Below are positions 27,574 to 37,966 of a DNA stretch of 64,000 nucleotides, piece after piece (the stretch's first letter is position 1; every line of letters starts with the position of its first letter). Below the pieces are notes generated by a model. That model had not been told where the DNA came from. It was given only the letters and a program-made list of their open reading frames with translations, and did no database searches. Made by a program: the position numbers and the translations under genes. Source of the stretch: Phototrophicaceae bacterium (GTDB taxonomy: Bacteria; Chloroflexota; Anaerolineae; Aggregatilineales; Phototrophicaceae); the NCBI GenBank assembly GCA_965207295.1, contig OZ242275.1:3503456-3567455 (forward strand), in the 5' to 3' direction.

Positions 27574-29208
27574 ATGATGCGCTGCATGATCCGAATTCTC
27601 GCAATCTGTATCGCTGGCGCCGCCATGATGGCTGGCTGCAATCTCGCCAGGACCAAGCTGCCGGCAAACACGGTTGAGGCTGGCGAAACGCGCGTGCGCT
27701 TGCAGGCGAGCCCGCCACCCGCCACCGCCACGCTTGGCGCGCTAATCCGTGAAGTAAGCGAGCGAACGGCTACGCCAGCCCCAACCGCGCTGTCTCCCTC
27801 GCGCTGCGATGAACTTGATGTCGATCGTCCGGCAAGGCAAGTTGATGCCGATGTGATCATCGATTACCAAGCGAAGTCGGCTCGCGTAGTTCAGGCGATT
27901 GAATTCCATAATCGCGAAGCGCAGCCCTTGGGCGAGATAATGCTCGATGTACAGGCAAACCAATGGGAGGCGGGCTTCCGGCTCATAGAACTGACTGTGA
28001 ATGACGAGATCGCCGAGTATGCGCTCGATTTGAATCGTCTTAAGGTCAATTTGGACGCGCCGTTGGAAACAGGCTGTAGGCTCGCGCTTGATTTGGAGTT
28101 CGATCTGCAGCCGGCCGAAATCCGCGCTGGCTTGCGCTCTTATCGCGGCTTTTTCGGCTACAGCCCGCGTCAGCTCAATCTTGGGCACTTCCTGCCGACG
28201 GTGGCGGCGCGCCTGGATGGCGGCTGGCGCATTCATGAACCGATCGGCATCGGCGAGCAAGTGGTCTACGATGTGGCGGATTGGCGGGTCAATGTTTCTG
28301 TCAATGAGGCGGCGGACACGCTCGTGCTTGCCGCGCCTGGCAAGGTCAGGCCAAATGGCGCGGCAAACTGGAATGTGGAGTTGCTGAATTCGCGAGACTT
28401 TGCCATCAGCCTCAGCGAAGAATGGCGCGCGGCTGAACTGCGCATTGCTGATGATGTTAGTGTTGAGGTTTATGCCTTCGCCGACGCCCAGATCTATGCC
28501 AATGGCGTCCGGCTTGACGGCGCTGATCATGTATTGAAAGAAGCGGAAAAAGCGCTGGCTTTGTATAGCCGGCAATTCGCTCCCTATCAGCGCGAACGAT
28601 TCGTTATCGTTCAGGGCGATTTCCCCGATGGAATGGAGTTCACCGGCTTGGTCTTTGTGGGCGGCGCCTGGTTTACGACTTTCGACGGCGGACCGCGCAA
28701 CTATCTGACGCTGATTTCTGTGCACGAGATCGCCCATCAATGGTGGTACGCCCAGGTGGGCAACGATTCCGCGCTCAATCCCTGGCTTGACGAGGCGCTC
28801 GCAACATATAGCGAATATCTATTCATTGAGGAGTTTTACCCAGCCTTCAAGAACTGGTGGTGGACCTTTCGCGTCGCCGGCTTCTTCCCCCAAGGCAAGG
28901 TAGATAGCGAGGTTTATGAGTTTTCTACAGCGCGCGCTTATATCAATGCGGTTTATCTGCGGGGCGTCCAGATGCTGCACAATCTGCGCGTTGATATCGG
29001 CGATGAGGCTTTTTTCGATATGCTGCGCGCATACCTCTCTGCCGGAGCAGGGCTGATAGCCGATCCGACGCTGTTCTGGCGCCAGCTCCCGCCGGAACTG
29101 CGCGCCTTGACGCAGGCGACGCGGCTGGAGTACTTGCGCAACGATGACGATAGCGCCCTCTTTGGCCTGCCAGAGCCTGAGGCAGCGGCGCCCGATTCGG
29201 AAAATTAA
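27574..29208 (+). CDS. M1-family zinc metallopeptidase, probable lipoprotein
   Basis: HEIAHQWW followed downstream by WLDEALATY (HExxH-x18-E). Lipobox-like AMMAGC at the N-terminus. Confidence 0.85.
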   Translation: MMRCMIRILAICIAGAAMMAGCNLARTKLPANTVEAGETRVRLQASPPPATATLGALIREVSERTATPAPTALSPSRCDELDVDRPARQVDADVIIDYQAKSARVVQAIEFHNREAQPLGEIMLDVQANQWEAGFRLIELTVNDEIAEYALDLNRLKVNLDAPLETGCRLALDLEFDLQPAEIRAGLRSYRGFFGYSPRQLNLGHFLPTVAARLDGGWRIHEPIGIGEQVVYDVADWRVNVSVNEAADTLVLAAPGKVRPNGAANWNVELLNSRDFAISLSEEWRAAELRIADDVSVEVYAFADAQIYANGVRLDGADHVLKEAEKALALYSRQFAPYQRERFVIVQGDFPDGMEFTGLVFVGGAWFTTFDGGPRNYLTLISVHEIAHQWWYAQVGNDSALNPWLDEALATYSEYLFIEEFYPAFKNWWWTFRVAGFFPQGKVDSEVYEFSTARAYINAVYLRGVQMLHNLRVDIGDEAFFDMLRAYLSAGAGLIADPTLFWRQLPPELRALTQATRLEYLRNDDDSALFGLPEPEAAAPDSEN

Positions 29209-29219
29209 GAGGAACTGCC

Positions 29220-29606
29220 ATGATCGACCTGCCAATTGACGCGCAGATCACCTTTGTCTACACGGGCGACTTGGCGCGTTCCGCCCGCTTTTACGAATCC
29301 ATTCTCGGTTTACCGTTGGCGGTCGATCAGGGGTCTTGTCGCATTTATCGCGTATTGGATCGCCACGCTTACCTCGGCCTCTGTCAGCGTGATGGCGCGC
29401 CCGAGGTCGCCTCTGGCATAATCATCACCTTGGTAACAGACGACGTAGACGGCTGGTACGAGCGGATCACATCGCTTGGCTGGGAATGCGAGCATCGGCC
29501 GCGACGAAATGATCGCTACAAGATTTATCATTTCTTCTTGCGGGACCCATCGGGTTATCTCATCGAGATTCAGCGCTTTGACAGCGCGGATTGGGATACG
29601 TCTTGA
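29220..29606 (+). CDS. VOC/glyoxalase-family protein
   Basis: 128 aa with the paired beta-alpha-beta-beta-beta pattern (FYESILGL...YHFFLRDPSGYLIEI). GAGGA RBS. Confidence 0.7.
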   Translation: MIDLPIDAQITFVYTGDLARSARFYESILGLPLAVDQGSCRIYRVLDRHAYLGLCQRDGAPEVASGIIITLVTDDVDGWYERITSLGWECEHRPRRNDRYKIYHFFLRDPSGYLIEIQRFDSADWDTS

Positions 29607-29613
29607 ACGCCGG

Positions 29614-32295
29614 CTAGCCGGTCGTCTTCATGCCGGCGGCGATCCCGTTAATCGTCGCCAGCGTGGCGTCTAGCGTGGTCCGCCAGCGCTCGTCGCTTTC
29701 ATCCATCTGCCGCAGCTCGCGCAATAGGGCGACTTGCATGAAATTTAGCGGATCGACATATGGGTTGCGCCGCTCAATCGACGTCTTGATTGCCGACATA
29801 TTCGTCAGCAGATCCGCTTGCTCGGTAACACGCATGATCATGGCGCTGCTGTGGTGGTGTTCTTTCTTGATCCAGTCATAAAACTGCTTGCGCAATTCAA
29901 GCGGCTCAACCAGCGAGGCGTATAATTCAGCGATCCCCATATCGGCTTTCGCGACATCAAGTTGAGCATTGTCAATCAAGGCGCTGAAAAAAGACCAATT
30001 GCGATACATCTCGCGCAGGACCCGCAGCCCATCCGATTCTTCACCGATGTACGTATCAAAAGCCGTGCCCAGGCCAAACCAACTCGGAACAATGGCGCGG
30101 CTCTGCATCCAGCTGAACATCCACGGAATCGCCCGCATGGCGGAAAAGCCGCCCTTCTGCTGACGCTTTGCCGGGCGCGAGCTGATCTGCATTCGCGCCA
30201 ACTCGTTTATCGGCGTCGCCTGCTGCCAGTAATCCAGGAAGCCTTCGCTTTCGTAGACGAACTTCCGATAGTAGCGCTGGCTGAGCTCAGACAGACGCGC
30301 CATCACATCGAAATATTCGGCAGGGACATGATGCCGCTCTCGCAAGCCCATCCCAATCAGCACCGCGTTCATAACCTGATGGAGGTGGCGATGCCCAATG
30401 CCTCGGTTGCTGTAGCGATACGCGATGACTTCGCCCTGTTCAGTAATCTTGACGCCGCCTTGCAAAGACTCGCTTGGCTGCGAGAGAATCGCGCGGTTCG
30501 TTGGTCCTCCACCGCGGCCGATGCTGCCGCCCCGCCCGTGAAAAAGCTCGAGCGATACGCCCTCTTCCACGCATTTCTGTGTCAGCATGCGCTGCGCGTT
30601 GTAGAGATTCCAGTTGGACGCCAGATAGCCGCCGTCCTTGCTGCTATCTGAGTAGCCAATCATCACCTGTTGGCGCAAGCCGCGTTTGCCAGCGCGCGCG
30701 ACAAGGTGCTTGCGATATTCGGCGTTTCTAAAGAGCGACTCCATAATCTGGGTAGCGCGGTATAGATCGTCAATGGTCTCAAATAGGGGCACGATGTATA
30801 TGTCGTTGTCGATGCCAACCTCGCGCGCAAATAGCAGCATCGCCAGCACATCGCTCGGATTTCTGGACATGCTGGCGATGACCGTGTCAATCACGATGGC
30901 GTCATAACGCGCCTGCGCTTCCGCAATCATGCGCCAGGTGCGAATGATGCTCTGGGTCGTCTCGGTGACGACGGATAAGTCGTTGGGGAAGAGCGGGCGT
31001 CTGTTGCGAATCTCCGCGGAAAGCAGCGCCTGCTTGTCATCTTCTGGCAGGCTGCTGTACCTTTGAACGATTCCGTAATGATTGAATAATTCGTCCAAAG
31101 CCGCGACATGCAAGCCGGCGTCTTCACGCACTTCCAGCGGGACAAGATGCAAACCGAACAGGCGCGCCTTGCGAATCAATCGTTGGACGGCTCCCATTGC
31201 CGCGCGCCGTCCACGATGCGCTTTGAGACTGTCTTGGATCAACAAAAGATCGCTTAGCAAGTCACGGCTCGAACGATACTGATCGTCTTGAAGCCGCTGA
31301 CGGATGATGGCCAGCATCTGCCGGTATACTTCGCCAGGATAACGCGCCTCCCTCGAGGACGATCCGTTGACAGCGAGCTTAAGCGCTTCTGACACGCCAA
31401 ACTGATTCGTGTCTTGCGTCAGGTTTTGCGTCAGCGCGTCGATCTCATCAAGATAAATTTGCCGCGCGGTTTCCCGCAATGTCGCAAGCGTTTGCAGCGT
31501 GACATCCGTGGTTACGTTTGGGTTGCCATCGCGGTCGCCGCCGATCCAGGAGGCGTAGCGCAGCACAGGCGGCAATTCGGACCAATCCTCGTCCGGATAA
31601 AAGCGCTCCAGCGCCAGTTGCAGGTCTTCATAAATATCGATGACTACATCAATGATGACGGAACGAATGAAATAAATCCCGAAATCTACTTCATCGGACA
31701 CTTGCTTTTTTGAAGCGCGCACTTGCCGCGTCTGCCACAGTTCTTCCACTTCTTCCGCCAAATTGCGCTCCAGTTTGCGCAATTCGCGCGGGAGCAGGTT
31801 GTGCCGGTCGCGCAATTCCATCATGTGCGCGATTTGGCGCAGAATGACCAGAATCTCTTGCCGCTTCGCTTCGGATGGATGCGCGGTAAGCACCAGCCGC
31901 AATCGCGTTTGCTCCAACAGCGCGCGGATATCATCGGCACTCTTGCCATTGGCTTGCAAAGCGCGAACCGCGCTGACGATGGACTCGCGCAGCGTCCCTT
32001 TGGCTTCCCGCTGGCGGATCACGCGGATGCGCTGCAAATCCTCGGCAATGTTTATCAGCTGAAAATAGTTAGAAAAGGCTTTGATAAGGATCTGCTTCGA
32101 ATCAAGCGAAAGACTTTCCAGCCGTTCGGCCAATTGAAAGGCGGCCGCTGAATCGCCGCTGCGCCGCGCTTTGGACATGGCGCGGATCTCCTCGACCAGC
32201 TCATAAGCGTCCATGCCATTCTGCTCTTGAATGATGACGCCTAGCCAACTGCCCAAGGTATGGATGTCTTGGCTGAGAGACGAGTTGTTCGCCAT
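29614..32295 (-). CDS. ppc: Phosphoenolpyruvate carboxylase
   Basis: 893 aa with VMIGYSDSSKDGG, FHGRGGSIGRGGGP, and a C-terminal GMKTTG. Confidence 0.95.
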   Translation of the reverse strand: MANNSSLSQDIHTLGSWLGVIIQEQNGMDAYELVEEIRAMSKARRSGDSAAAFQLAERLESLSLDSKQILIKAFSNYFQLINIAEDLQRIRVIRQREAKGTLRESIVSAVRALQANGKSADDIRALLEQTRLRLVLTAHPSEAKRQEILVILRQIAHMMELRDRHNLLPRELRKLERNLAEEVEELWQTRQVRASKKQVSDEVDFGIYFIRSVIIDVVIDIYEDLQLALERFYPDEDWSELPPVLRYASWIGGDRDGNPNVTTDVTLQTLATLRETARQIYLDEIDALTQNLTQDTNQFGVSEALKLAVNGSSSREARYPGEVYRQMLAIIRQRLQDDQYRSSRDLLSDLLLIQDSLKAHRGRRAAMGAVQRLIRKARLFGLHLVPLEVREDAGLHVAALDELFNHYGIVQRYSSLPEDDKQALLSAEIRNRRPLFPNDLSVVTETTQSIIRTWRMIAEAQARYDAIVIDTVIASMSRNPSDVLAMLLFAREVGIDNDIYIVPLFETIDDLYRATQIMESLFRNAEYRKHLVARAGKRGLRQQVMIGYSDSSKDGGYLASNWNLYNAQRMLTQKCVEEGVSLELFHGRGGSIGRGGGPTNRAILSQPSESLQGGVKITEQGEVIAYRYSNRGIGHRHLHQVMNAVLIGMGLRERHHVPAEYFDVMARLSELSQRYYRKFVYESEGFLDYWQQATPINELARMQISSRPAKRQQKGGFSAMRAIPWMFSWMQSRAIVPSWFGLGTAFDTYIGEESDGLRVLREMYRNWSFFSALIDNAQLDVAKADMGIAELYASLVEPLELRKQFYDWIKKEHHHSSAMIMRVTEQADLLTNMSAIKTSIERRNPYVDPLNFMQVALLRELRQMDESDERWRTTLDATLATINGIAAGMKTTG

Positions 32296-32452
32296 CTATC
32301 GCCCCCTCCCGCCAATTTCGGCAAGGTTCGCCGGACTGATTACGTGACTCGCAGCGCACTATAGTGCAACTGGCAGGCGTATTCCAGTAGGAGATGAGCG
32401 CGTTTCGTCTCGGCTCTGTAAATAATAGAATAGGGCGAGCCGATCGATTGGA

Positions 32453-33364
32453 TTGTCGGAGTGGCGGTTGAACAAGATCATTGAATGCGTCGCCAACTAT
32501 TCTGAAGGGCGGCGCCTGGACATTGTTGACGAGATTGTCGATACGATAGCGGGCACTGCGGGTGTTGGTGTGCTTGGCGCCGAGAGCGACTATGATCACA
32601 ATCGCTCGGTCGTGACTTTCATCGGCGCGCCGCAAGCTGTCGCCCAAGCTGCCTATGCAAGCATCAAGGTCGCTGTCCGCTCAATAGACATGAACCAGCA
32701 TCGGGGCCAGCACCCGCGGATTGGCGCCGCCGATGTCATCCCCTTCGTTCCCCTGTGCAATGCGACCATGGCCGAGTGTGTATCCTTGGCGCGAGAGCTA
32801 GGCGCGCGGGTAGGCGAAGAATTGGGGCTGCCGGTATTTCTCTATGCCAATGCCGCCCGGCGAGTCGCCAATCGTGAGTTGTCTGCGATACGCCGCGGCG
32901 GATACGAAAGCTTAAGAGAATCAATCAAGACCGGAGGTCCGCCACAGCCGGACTTCGGTCCGCGCGCGCTCGGACCTGCCGGTGGCTGCGCCATCGGCGC
33001 GCGTGATATCTTGATTGCGTTCAACGTCTATTTGAATTCAACTGACGTGGTTATCGCCCGGGCAATAGCGCGAAAAATCCGCGCGTCGTCGGGCGGATTG
33101 CCAAAAGTGCAGGCGCTCGGCATGTTCGTCAAAGGCAAGACGCAAGTGTCGATGAATCTAACGGATTATCGCGTGACGTCGATGAGCGCCGTCTTCGAGC
33201 TGATTCGCCAAGAAGCGGACAAATATGGCGCAAGAATCGACAGTTCCGAAATCATCGGATTGATTCCGCGAGACGCGCTGGCCGCTGCCTCCCCAACGCA
33301 ATTGAAGATCGTAAACTTCACTCCCGATCGTCTGTTGGAATATCATTTGGGCGATATTGACTAA
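32453..33364 (+). CDS. Glutamate formimidoyltransferase (FtcD N-terminal domain type)
   Basis: IIECVANYSEGRR start motif and ~300 aa, with no cyclodeaminase domain. TTG start; exact start uncertain. Confidence 0.8.
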   Translation: MSEWRLNKIIECVANYSEGRRLDIVDEIVDTIAGTAGVGVLGAESDYDHNRSVVTFIGAPQAVAQAAYASIKVAVRSIDMNQHRGQHPRIGAADVIPFVPLCNATMAECVSLARELGARVGEELGLPVFLYANAARRVANRELSAIRRGGYESLRESIKTGGPPQPDFGPRALGPAGGCAIGARDILIAFNVYLNSTDVVIARAIARKIRASSGGLPKVQALGMFVKGKTQVSMNLTDYRVTSMSAVFELIRQEADKYGARIDSSEIIGLIPRDALAAASPTQLKIVNFTPDRLLEYHLGDID

Positions 33365-33385
33365 GCGCTGGCGCGCAGCGGTCTG

Positions 33386-33415
33386 TTGCAAATGGTTTGA
33401 ATGCTGAGTTAAAAT
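33386..33415 (+). promoter_or_regulatory. Candidate promoter of the ABC-hyu operon
   Basis: TTGCAA (33386-33391), an 18-nt spacer, then TAAAAT (33410-33415) in an AT-rich gap. Confidence 0.35.
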
Positions 33416-33480
33416 CACCTATCAGGCGATATAACATCGTTTGCGTATAGTTATTCTCAATATACATAAGGATGAATCGT

Positions 33481-35025
33481 ATGAAACGCACACTGCTCCT
33501 AATCCTCCTGCTTTCGCTCTTGTTGGCGCCTCTGGCGGTCTCGGTTGCGCAAGACCGCAATGTATTTGTCTACGGTCATCCGGTGGCCTTTCCCAATCTT
33601 GACCCCAGCTCGGGCAATTCCAACGAAAATGTGGTAATGGGAAATGTCTACGAGACGCTCACGTTTTACAACGCGCCGGGCAGCGATGAAATCCTCAGCC
33701 CGAAGCTGGCGGTGTCTTGGGAATCGTCTGAAGACTCCCTGACTTGGACCTTCAACCTGCGCGACGGCGTGACCTTCCATGACGGCGCCGCCTTCAATGC
33801 CGCGGCGGTCAAGAAAGCGCTGGATCGCACGATTGCCATTGGCGAAGGCTCTGCCTGGATTTACTGGATGATTGATTCCATCGAAGCGGTGGACGAGCTT
33901 GTCGTTCAATTCAACTTGAACACGCCGGCGCCGCTCGATCTGGTGCTTTCGGCTGGTTATGCCGCCTGGATCATGAGCCCGAACGCGGCTGACCAAGACA
34001 ACGCCTGGTTCAATGACGGCAACGCGGCCGGCACGGGACCCTACATGATCGCGAGCAACGAGCCGGGCCAGCGCATGGTGCTCGAGGCGAACCCCAACTA
34101 TTGGGGCGGCTGGTCCGAAGGTCAATTCGATACGATCGTCTTTGAAATCGTTGAAGATCCGACCGTGCTTGAACAAATGATTCGATCGGGCGACGCCGAT
34201 TTCACCTACAGCTTGCCCTTCGACAATTATGGTCCCTTAGCCGACGCGCCCGGCCTATCAGTGGTCGTAACGCCTTCCTTCCAGAATCTGTTGATTTTGC
34301 TGAATACGGTCAAGGAACCTACCAGCAGCAAGCTGGTGCGGCAGGCGCTGTCCTACAGCTTCCCGTACGCTGATGTCGTCTCCAGCTTGTACGCGGGCTT
34401 GGGCACGCAAGCACGAGGACCGATCCCGGCAAATATGTGGGGGCACGGCGCCGATTTACTGCAATACAGCCAAGATTTAGACAAGGCGCGCGAGCTCCTC
34501 GCGGAAGCGGGATATCCCGATGGCGGATTCTCCGTGGTTTATACGCATGTCGCCAGCGACCTTGATGAGCAGCAAGTCGGTGAACTCTGGCGCGCCAGTC
34601 TGGCTGAAATCGGCGTCGATCTGGAGATACGCGGCTTAGCGTGGCAAGCGCAATGGGACCTGGCTATAAACGATCCCGCCAGCGCCCAGGACGCCTTCGG
34701 CTTCTATTGGTGGCCTGATTACATCACACCCAATTCCTGGCTGACCGGGATGTTCGTTAGCGAAGACGAACCCTTCTTCAATCTCAGCTACTACAGCAAT
34801 CCCGCGTTTGACGATCTGATCGCCGAGGCGTCTTCGACCAGCGGCATTGATCGCGCCGCCGCCGAAGACCTGTATCTGCAAGCGCAAACATTGCTGCTTG
34901 AGGATGCCGCCGCCATTTATGTCGTCGATTTGCCCGATATCCACGTTGTCCGCGATGATGTAACTGGCTACGTCAACAACCCCGGCTACCCGCACGTTGT
35001 ATTTTTCTACGATTTGACACGCTGA
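33481..35025 (+). CDS. ABC transporter substrate-binding protein, family 5 (peptide/nickel/opine type)
   Basis: Signal peptide MKRTLLLILLLSLLLAPLAVSVAQ and a ~510-aa SBP_bac_5-like body. ATG 33481 has AAGGA 9 nt upstream; the ORF-track ATG is at 33472. Confidence 0.85.
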   Translation: MKRTLLLILLLSLLLAPLAVSVAQDRNVFVYGHPVAFPNLDPSSGNSNENVVMGNVYETLTFYNAPGSDEILSPKLAVSWESSEDSLTWTFNLRDGVTFHDGAAFNAAAVKKALDRTIAIGEGSAWIYWMIDSIEAVDELVVQFNLNTPAPLDLVLSAGYAAWIMSPNAADQDNAWFNDGNAAGTGPYMIASNEPGQRMVLEANPNYWGGWSEGQFDTIVFEIVEDPTVLEQMIRSGDADFTYSLPFDNYGPLADAPGLSVVVTPSFQNLLILLNTVKEPTSSKLVRQALSYSFPYADVVSSLYAGLGTQARGPIPANMWGHGADLLQYSQDLDKARELLAEAGYPDGGFSVVYTHVASDLDEQQVGELWRASLAEIGVDLEIRGLAWQAQWDLAINDPASAQDAFGFYWWPDYITPNSWLTGMFVSEDEPFFNLSYYSNPAFDDLIAEASSTSGIDRAAAEDLYLQAQTLLLEDAAAIYVVDLPDIHVVRDDVTGYVNNPGYPHVVFFYDLTR

Positions 35026-35094
35026 CAGCAATGATCCGGCTCGGCGCCGCAGTGGACCCTGCGCCGAGCCAGACTCGCTTGAACTTAGTGCGAC

Positions 35095-36117
35095 ATGGCA
35101 TTCCTCAGCTTCCTCCTCCGCCGCCTGGGTTTGTCAGTTGTTGTTTTCGTCGGCGTTTTGCTCCTGACGTTTATCGTCTCTCGAATCATCCCCAGCAATC
35201 CGGCTGCGCTTTACGCCGGCGCCCGCCCGCGGCCCGAACAAGTGGCGGAAATTGAGAAGAAGCTCGGGCTTGATAAGCCGCTGAGCGAACAATTCCGCAT
35301 CTACGTCCATGATCTGCTGGGTGGCGACCTGGGCGAGTCGTATCATTCGCGGCGCTCAATCAACGCGGATTTGAGCATCTTCCTGCCAGCGACTCTGGAA
35401 TTGGTTATCGCCGCCGTGCTGATTGCGCTGGTCATCGGCATCCCGGTCGGCGTCTTGGCTGGCGCCTACCCGCGCGGTATTTTCGATTACGCCACGCGAT
35501 TTGTGGCGATAGCGGGCGTGTCCGTGCCCTCGTTCTGGCTGGCTTTGATCGCTCAATCCGTCTTCTTCAGTCAGTTGGGCTGGTTGCCGCTGGGCAGCCG
35601 CATCAGCCGCGACGCGACGCTCTTCTATCCGATCGCGGCGCAGACCGGATTTTATCTGATTGACGCGGCGATAAGCGGCAACTGGAAAGCCTGGTTTGAC
35701 GCCTTGCATCACCTGATTTTGCCGGCTCTGGTGCTGTCCGCCTATCCCTTGGGCGTTACCATCCGGATGACGCAAGCATCCATGCTGGAAGTGCTGTCCG
35801 AAGCCTATGTTACGGCGGCGTGGGCGGCTGGCTTGCCGCGCCGTGTTATCTTGTTCAAGCTCGCGCTCAAGAACGCGATCATGCCGGCGCTAACCGTGGT
35901 CGGTTTGTCCTTCGCCTATTCAATCACAGGCGCCTTTCTGGTGGAGACGATTTTCTCGTGGCCTGGCGTCGGCAAATACGTTACCGAGGCAGTGCTTAAC
36001 GTCGACTTTCCTGTGATCATCGCCGTCACCTTGGTTGTGACCATCTTTTACATCTTGGTCAACCTCTTGGTTGATGTCATACAAGCCTTCCTTGATCCGC
36101 GCTTGCGGCTAGTGTGA
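35095..36117 (+). CDS. ABC transporter permease (DppB/OppB type)
   Basis: Six TM helices and an EAA-like loop (LEVLSEAYVTAAWAAGLPRR). Confidence 0.9.
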   Translation: MAFLSFLLRRLGLSVVVFVGVLLLTFIVSRIIPSNPAALYAGARPRPEQVAEIEKKLGLDKPLSEQFRIYVHDLLGGDLGESYHSRRSINADLSIFLPATLELVIAAVLIALVIGIPVGVLAGAYPRGIFDYATRFVAIAGVSVPSFWLALIAQSVFFSQLGWLPLGSRISRDATLFYPIAAQTGFYLIDAAISGNWKAWFDALHHLILPALVLSAYPLGVTIRMTQASMLEVLSEAYVTAAWAAGLPRRVILFKLALKNAIMPALTVVGLSFAYSITGAFLVETIFSWPGVGKYVTEAVLNVDFPVIIAVTLVVTIFYILVNLLVDVIQAFLDPRLRLV

Positions 36118-36992
36118 AAGGGCGGGCAGTCTTGCGCATTGAAGTTGGTTCAAGCGCCTGGTTCTTGCTTCGAGACCGGGCCGCTCTGATCAGTATGACC
36201 TTTCTCATTCTTATTGTGTTGTCGGCTGTATTCGCGCCTTTTCTAACGCCCTATGCCAGCCAGGGGATGGGCGCGCCTGACCTGGCAGCCAAGTTCGAGC
36301 CCCCAGGGATTGAACATCCCTTTGGCGCCGATGGCTTAGGGCGCGATCAGGTCGCCCGCTTGATGTTTGGCGCGCGCCGCTCACTGTCGATGGGCTTGCT
36401 CGTCGTGTTGATTGCCATTGTTATAGGCGCGCCGCTGGGCATGATCGCTGGCTATATCGGTGGTTGGATTGACGAAGTGATTATGCGCGTCACCGATGTC
36501 TTTCTAGCCTTTCCGCCATTGCTGCTGGCGATTGCAATCGCCGCTGCGCTTGGCGCAAGCTATATAAACGCGGTGGTGGCAATCGCGGCGACCTGGTGGC
36601 CCTGGTATGCCCGCCTGGCGCGCGCGCAGACGTTGAGCATAAGGGAGCGCGCTTATATTGAAGCGGCGCGCAGCATCGGCGTTCGCGATCGCGTCATCAT
36701 CAGGCGCCACATTTTACCTAATATCATGACGCCGATAATCGTTCAGGGCGCCCTGGACGTGGGCACTGCCATTCTGGTTGCCGCCGGATTGAGCTTCATC
36801 GGCCTAGGCACGCAAGCGCCCTTCGCCGATTGGGGTGTGATGATCAGCGACGGCCGGCTGTTCTTTCTGTCGGGCCGCTGGTGGATGTCCACATTTCCGG
36901 GCTTGGCGATATTTCTAACGGCGATGGCTTTCAATTTTCTGGGCGATGGCGTTCGGGTGGCTGCCGATCCTCGGCTGCGAAGGATGCGCTGA
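36114..36992 (+). CDS. ABC transporter permease (DppC/OppC type)
   Basis: EAA loop YIEAARSIGVRDRVIIRRHILPN. GTGA overlap with the upstream gene. Confidence 0.9.
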   Translation: MKGRAVLRIEVGSSAWFLLRDRAALISMTFLILIVLSAVFAPFLTPYASQGMGAPDLAAKFEPPGIEHPFGADGLGRDQVARLMFGARRSLSMGLLVVLIAIVIGAPLGMIAGYIGGWIDEVIMRVTDVFLAFPPLLLAIAIAAALGASYINAVVAIAATWWPWYARLARAQTLSIRERAYIEAARSIGVRDRVIIRRHILPNIMTPIIVQGALDVGTAILVAAGLSFIGLGTQAPFADWGVMISDGRLFFLSGRWWMSTFPGLAIFLTAMAFNFLGDGVRVAADPRLRRMR

Positions 36993-37966
36993 TGGCGATT
37001 CTGAGCGTGCAAAACCTGCACGTGCAATTCAAGACGCCCTTTGGCGCGGTTTACGCCCTACGCGGCATTGACTTCGAGTTGGCGAAAGGCGAGATCCTGG
37101 GCTTGGTCGGCGAGACTGGCTGCGGCAAGTCTGTCACCGGGCGCAGCATCCTGCGCCTGCTGGATGACAACGCGCAGGTTACCGCCGGGCGAATTGCATT
37201 TGAAAACTCGGACTTGCTTCGCCTGCCCGAATCGGCAATGCGGGAAATCCGCGGCAAGCGCATCGCCATGATATTCCAGGATCCAGCTACAGCGCTGAAC
37301 CCTCTATTCACGATCGGGCAGCAGCTCGATGACGTGTTGCGCGCGCATGCCCCGGGCGCCGCCGCGGCGCGCCGCCGTCAATCCCTGGACTTGCTCGCCA
37401 GCGTCGGTTTGCCCGATCCGGCACAGACCGCCAAAGTCTATCCGCATCAACTGTCCGGCGGCCAACAGCAGCGCGCCATGATCGCGCTCAGCCTAGCAGC
37501 GAAACCCGATGTCATCATCGCTGACGAACCGACTACGGCGCTTGATGTGACGATTCAAGCGCAGATACTTGATTTGTTGCGGACGCTGCAGCGCGAACGA
37601 GCGATAAGCGTCATTCTCATTACACACGACTTGGGCGTCGTAGCGGAAACCTGCCAGCAGGTCGTCGTCTTATACGCCGGACGGGTGGTGGAAGCGGGCG
37701 CGGTTGCGGCGATCTTTACCGCCCCCCAGCATCCATATACCCAAGGTCTGCTGGCAGCCTTGCCACGCCCAGGCAGCCGCGGAAGCGACCTGAAAGTCAT
37801 CCCAGGAAACGTGCCGAGCGGATTGGAACGGATTGACGGATGCGCCTTCGCGCCTCGCTGTGAACATGTGATGAATCACTGCCGCGCGCGTCAACCAGCC
37901 TTCACTAGCTTCAGCGCCGCGCACCATGCCGCTTGTTTCTTGCATGAGGCATCTGCCTGTGGCTGA
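36992..37966 (+). CDS. ABC transporter ATP-binding protein (DppD/OppD type)
   Basis: Walker A GETGCGKS, signature LSGGQQQR, Walker B IIADEPT, and a C-terminal Cys-rich oligopeptide-ABC extension. ATG 36992 abuts the upstream TGA. Confidence 0.9.
   Translation: MAILSVQNLHVQFKTPFGAVYALRGIDFELAKGEILGLVGETGCGKSVTGRSILRLLDDNAQVTAGRIAFENSDLLRLPESAMREIRGKRIAMIFQDPATALNPLFTIGQQLDDVLRAHAPGAAAARRRQSLDLLASVGLPDPAQTAKVYPHQLSGGQQQRAMIALSLAAKPDVIIADEPTTALDVTIQAQILDLLRTLQRERAISVILITHDLGVVAETCQQVVVLYAGRVVEAGAVAAIFTAPQHPYTQGLLAALPRPGSRGSDLKVIPGNVPSGLERIDGCAFAPRCEHVMNHCRARQPAFTSFSAAHHAACFLHEASACG

Noticed and set aside
27742-28740. 332-aa minus-strand ORF antisense to the M1 peptidase. Similar cases are 43044-43982 opposite comM, 41518-42153 opposite hyuB, 10913-11662 and 12361-13002.
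   Set aside because: All are embedded in better-supported genes, lack RBS or recognisable motifs, and have Arg-rich composition characteristic of antisense frames in GC-rich genomes.
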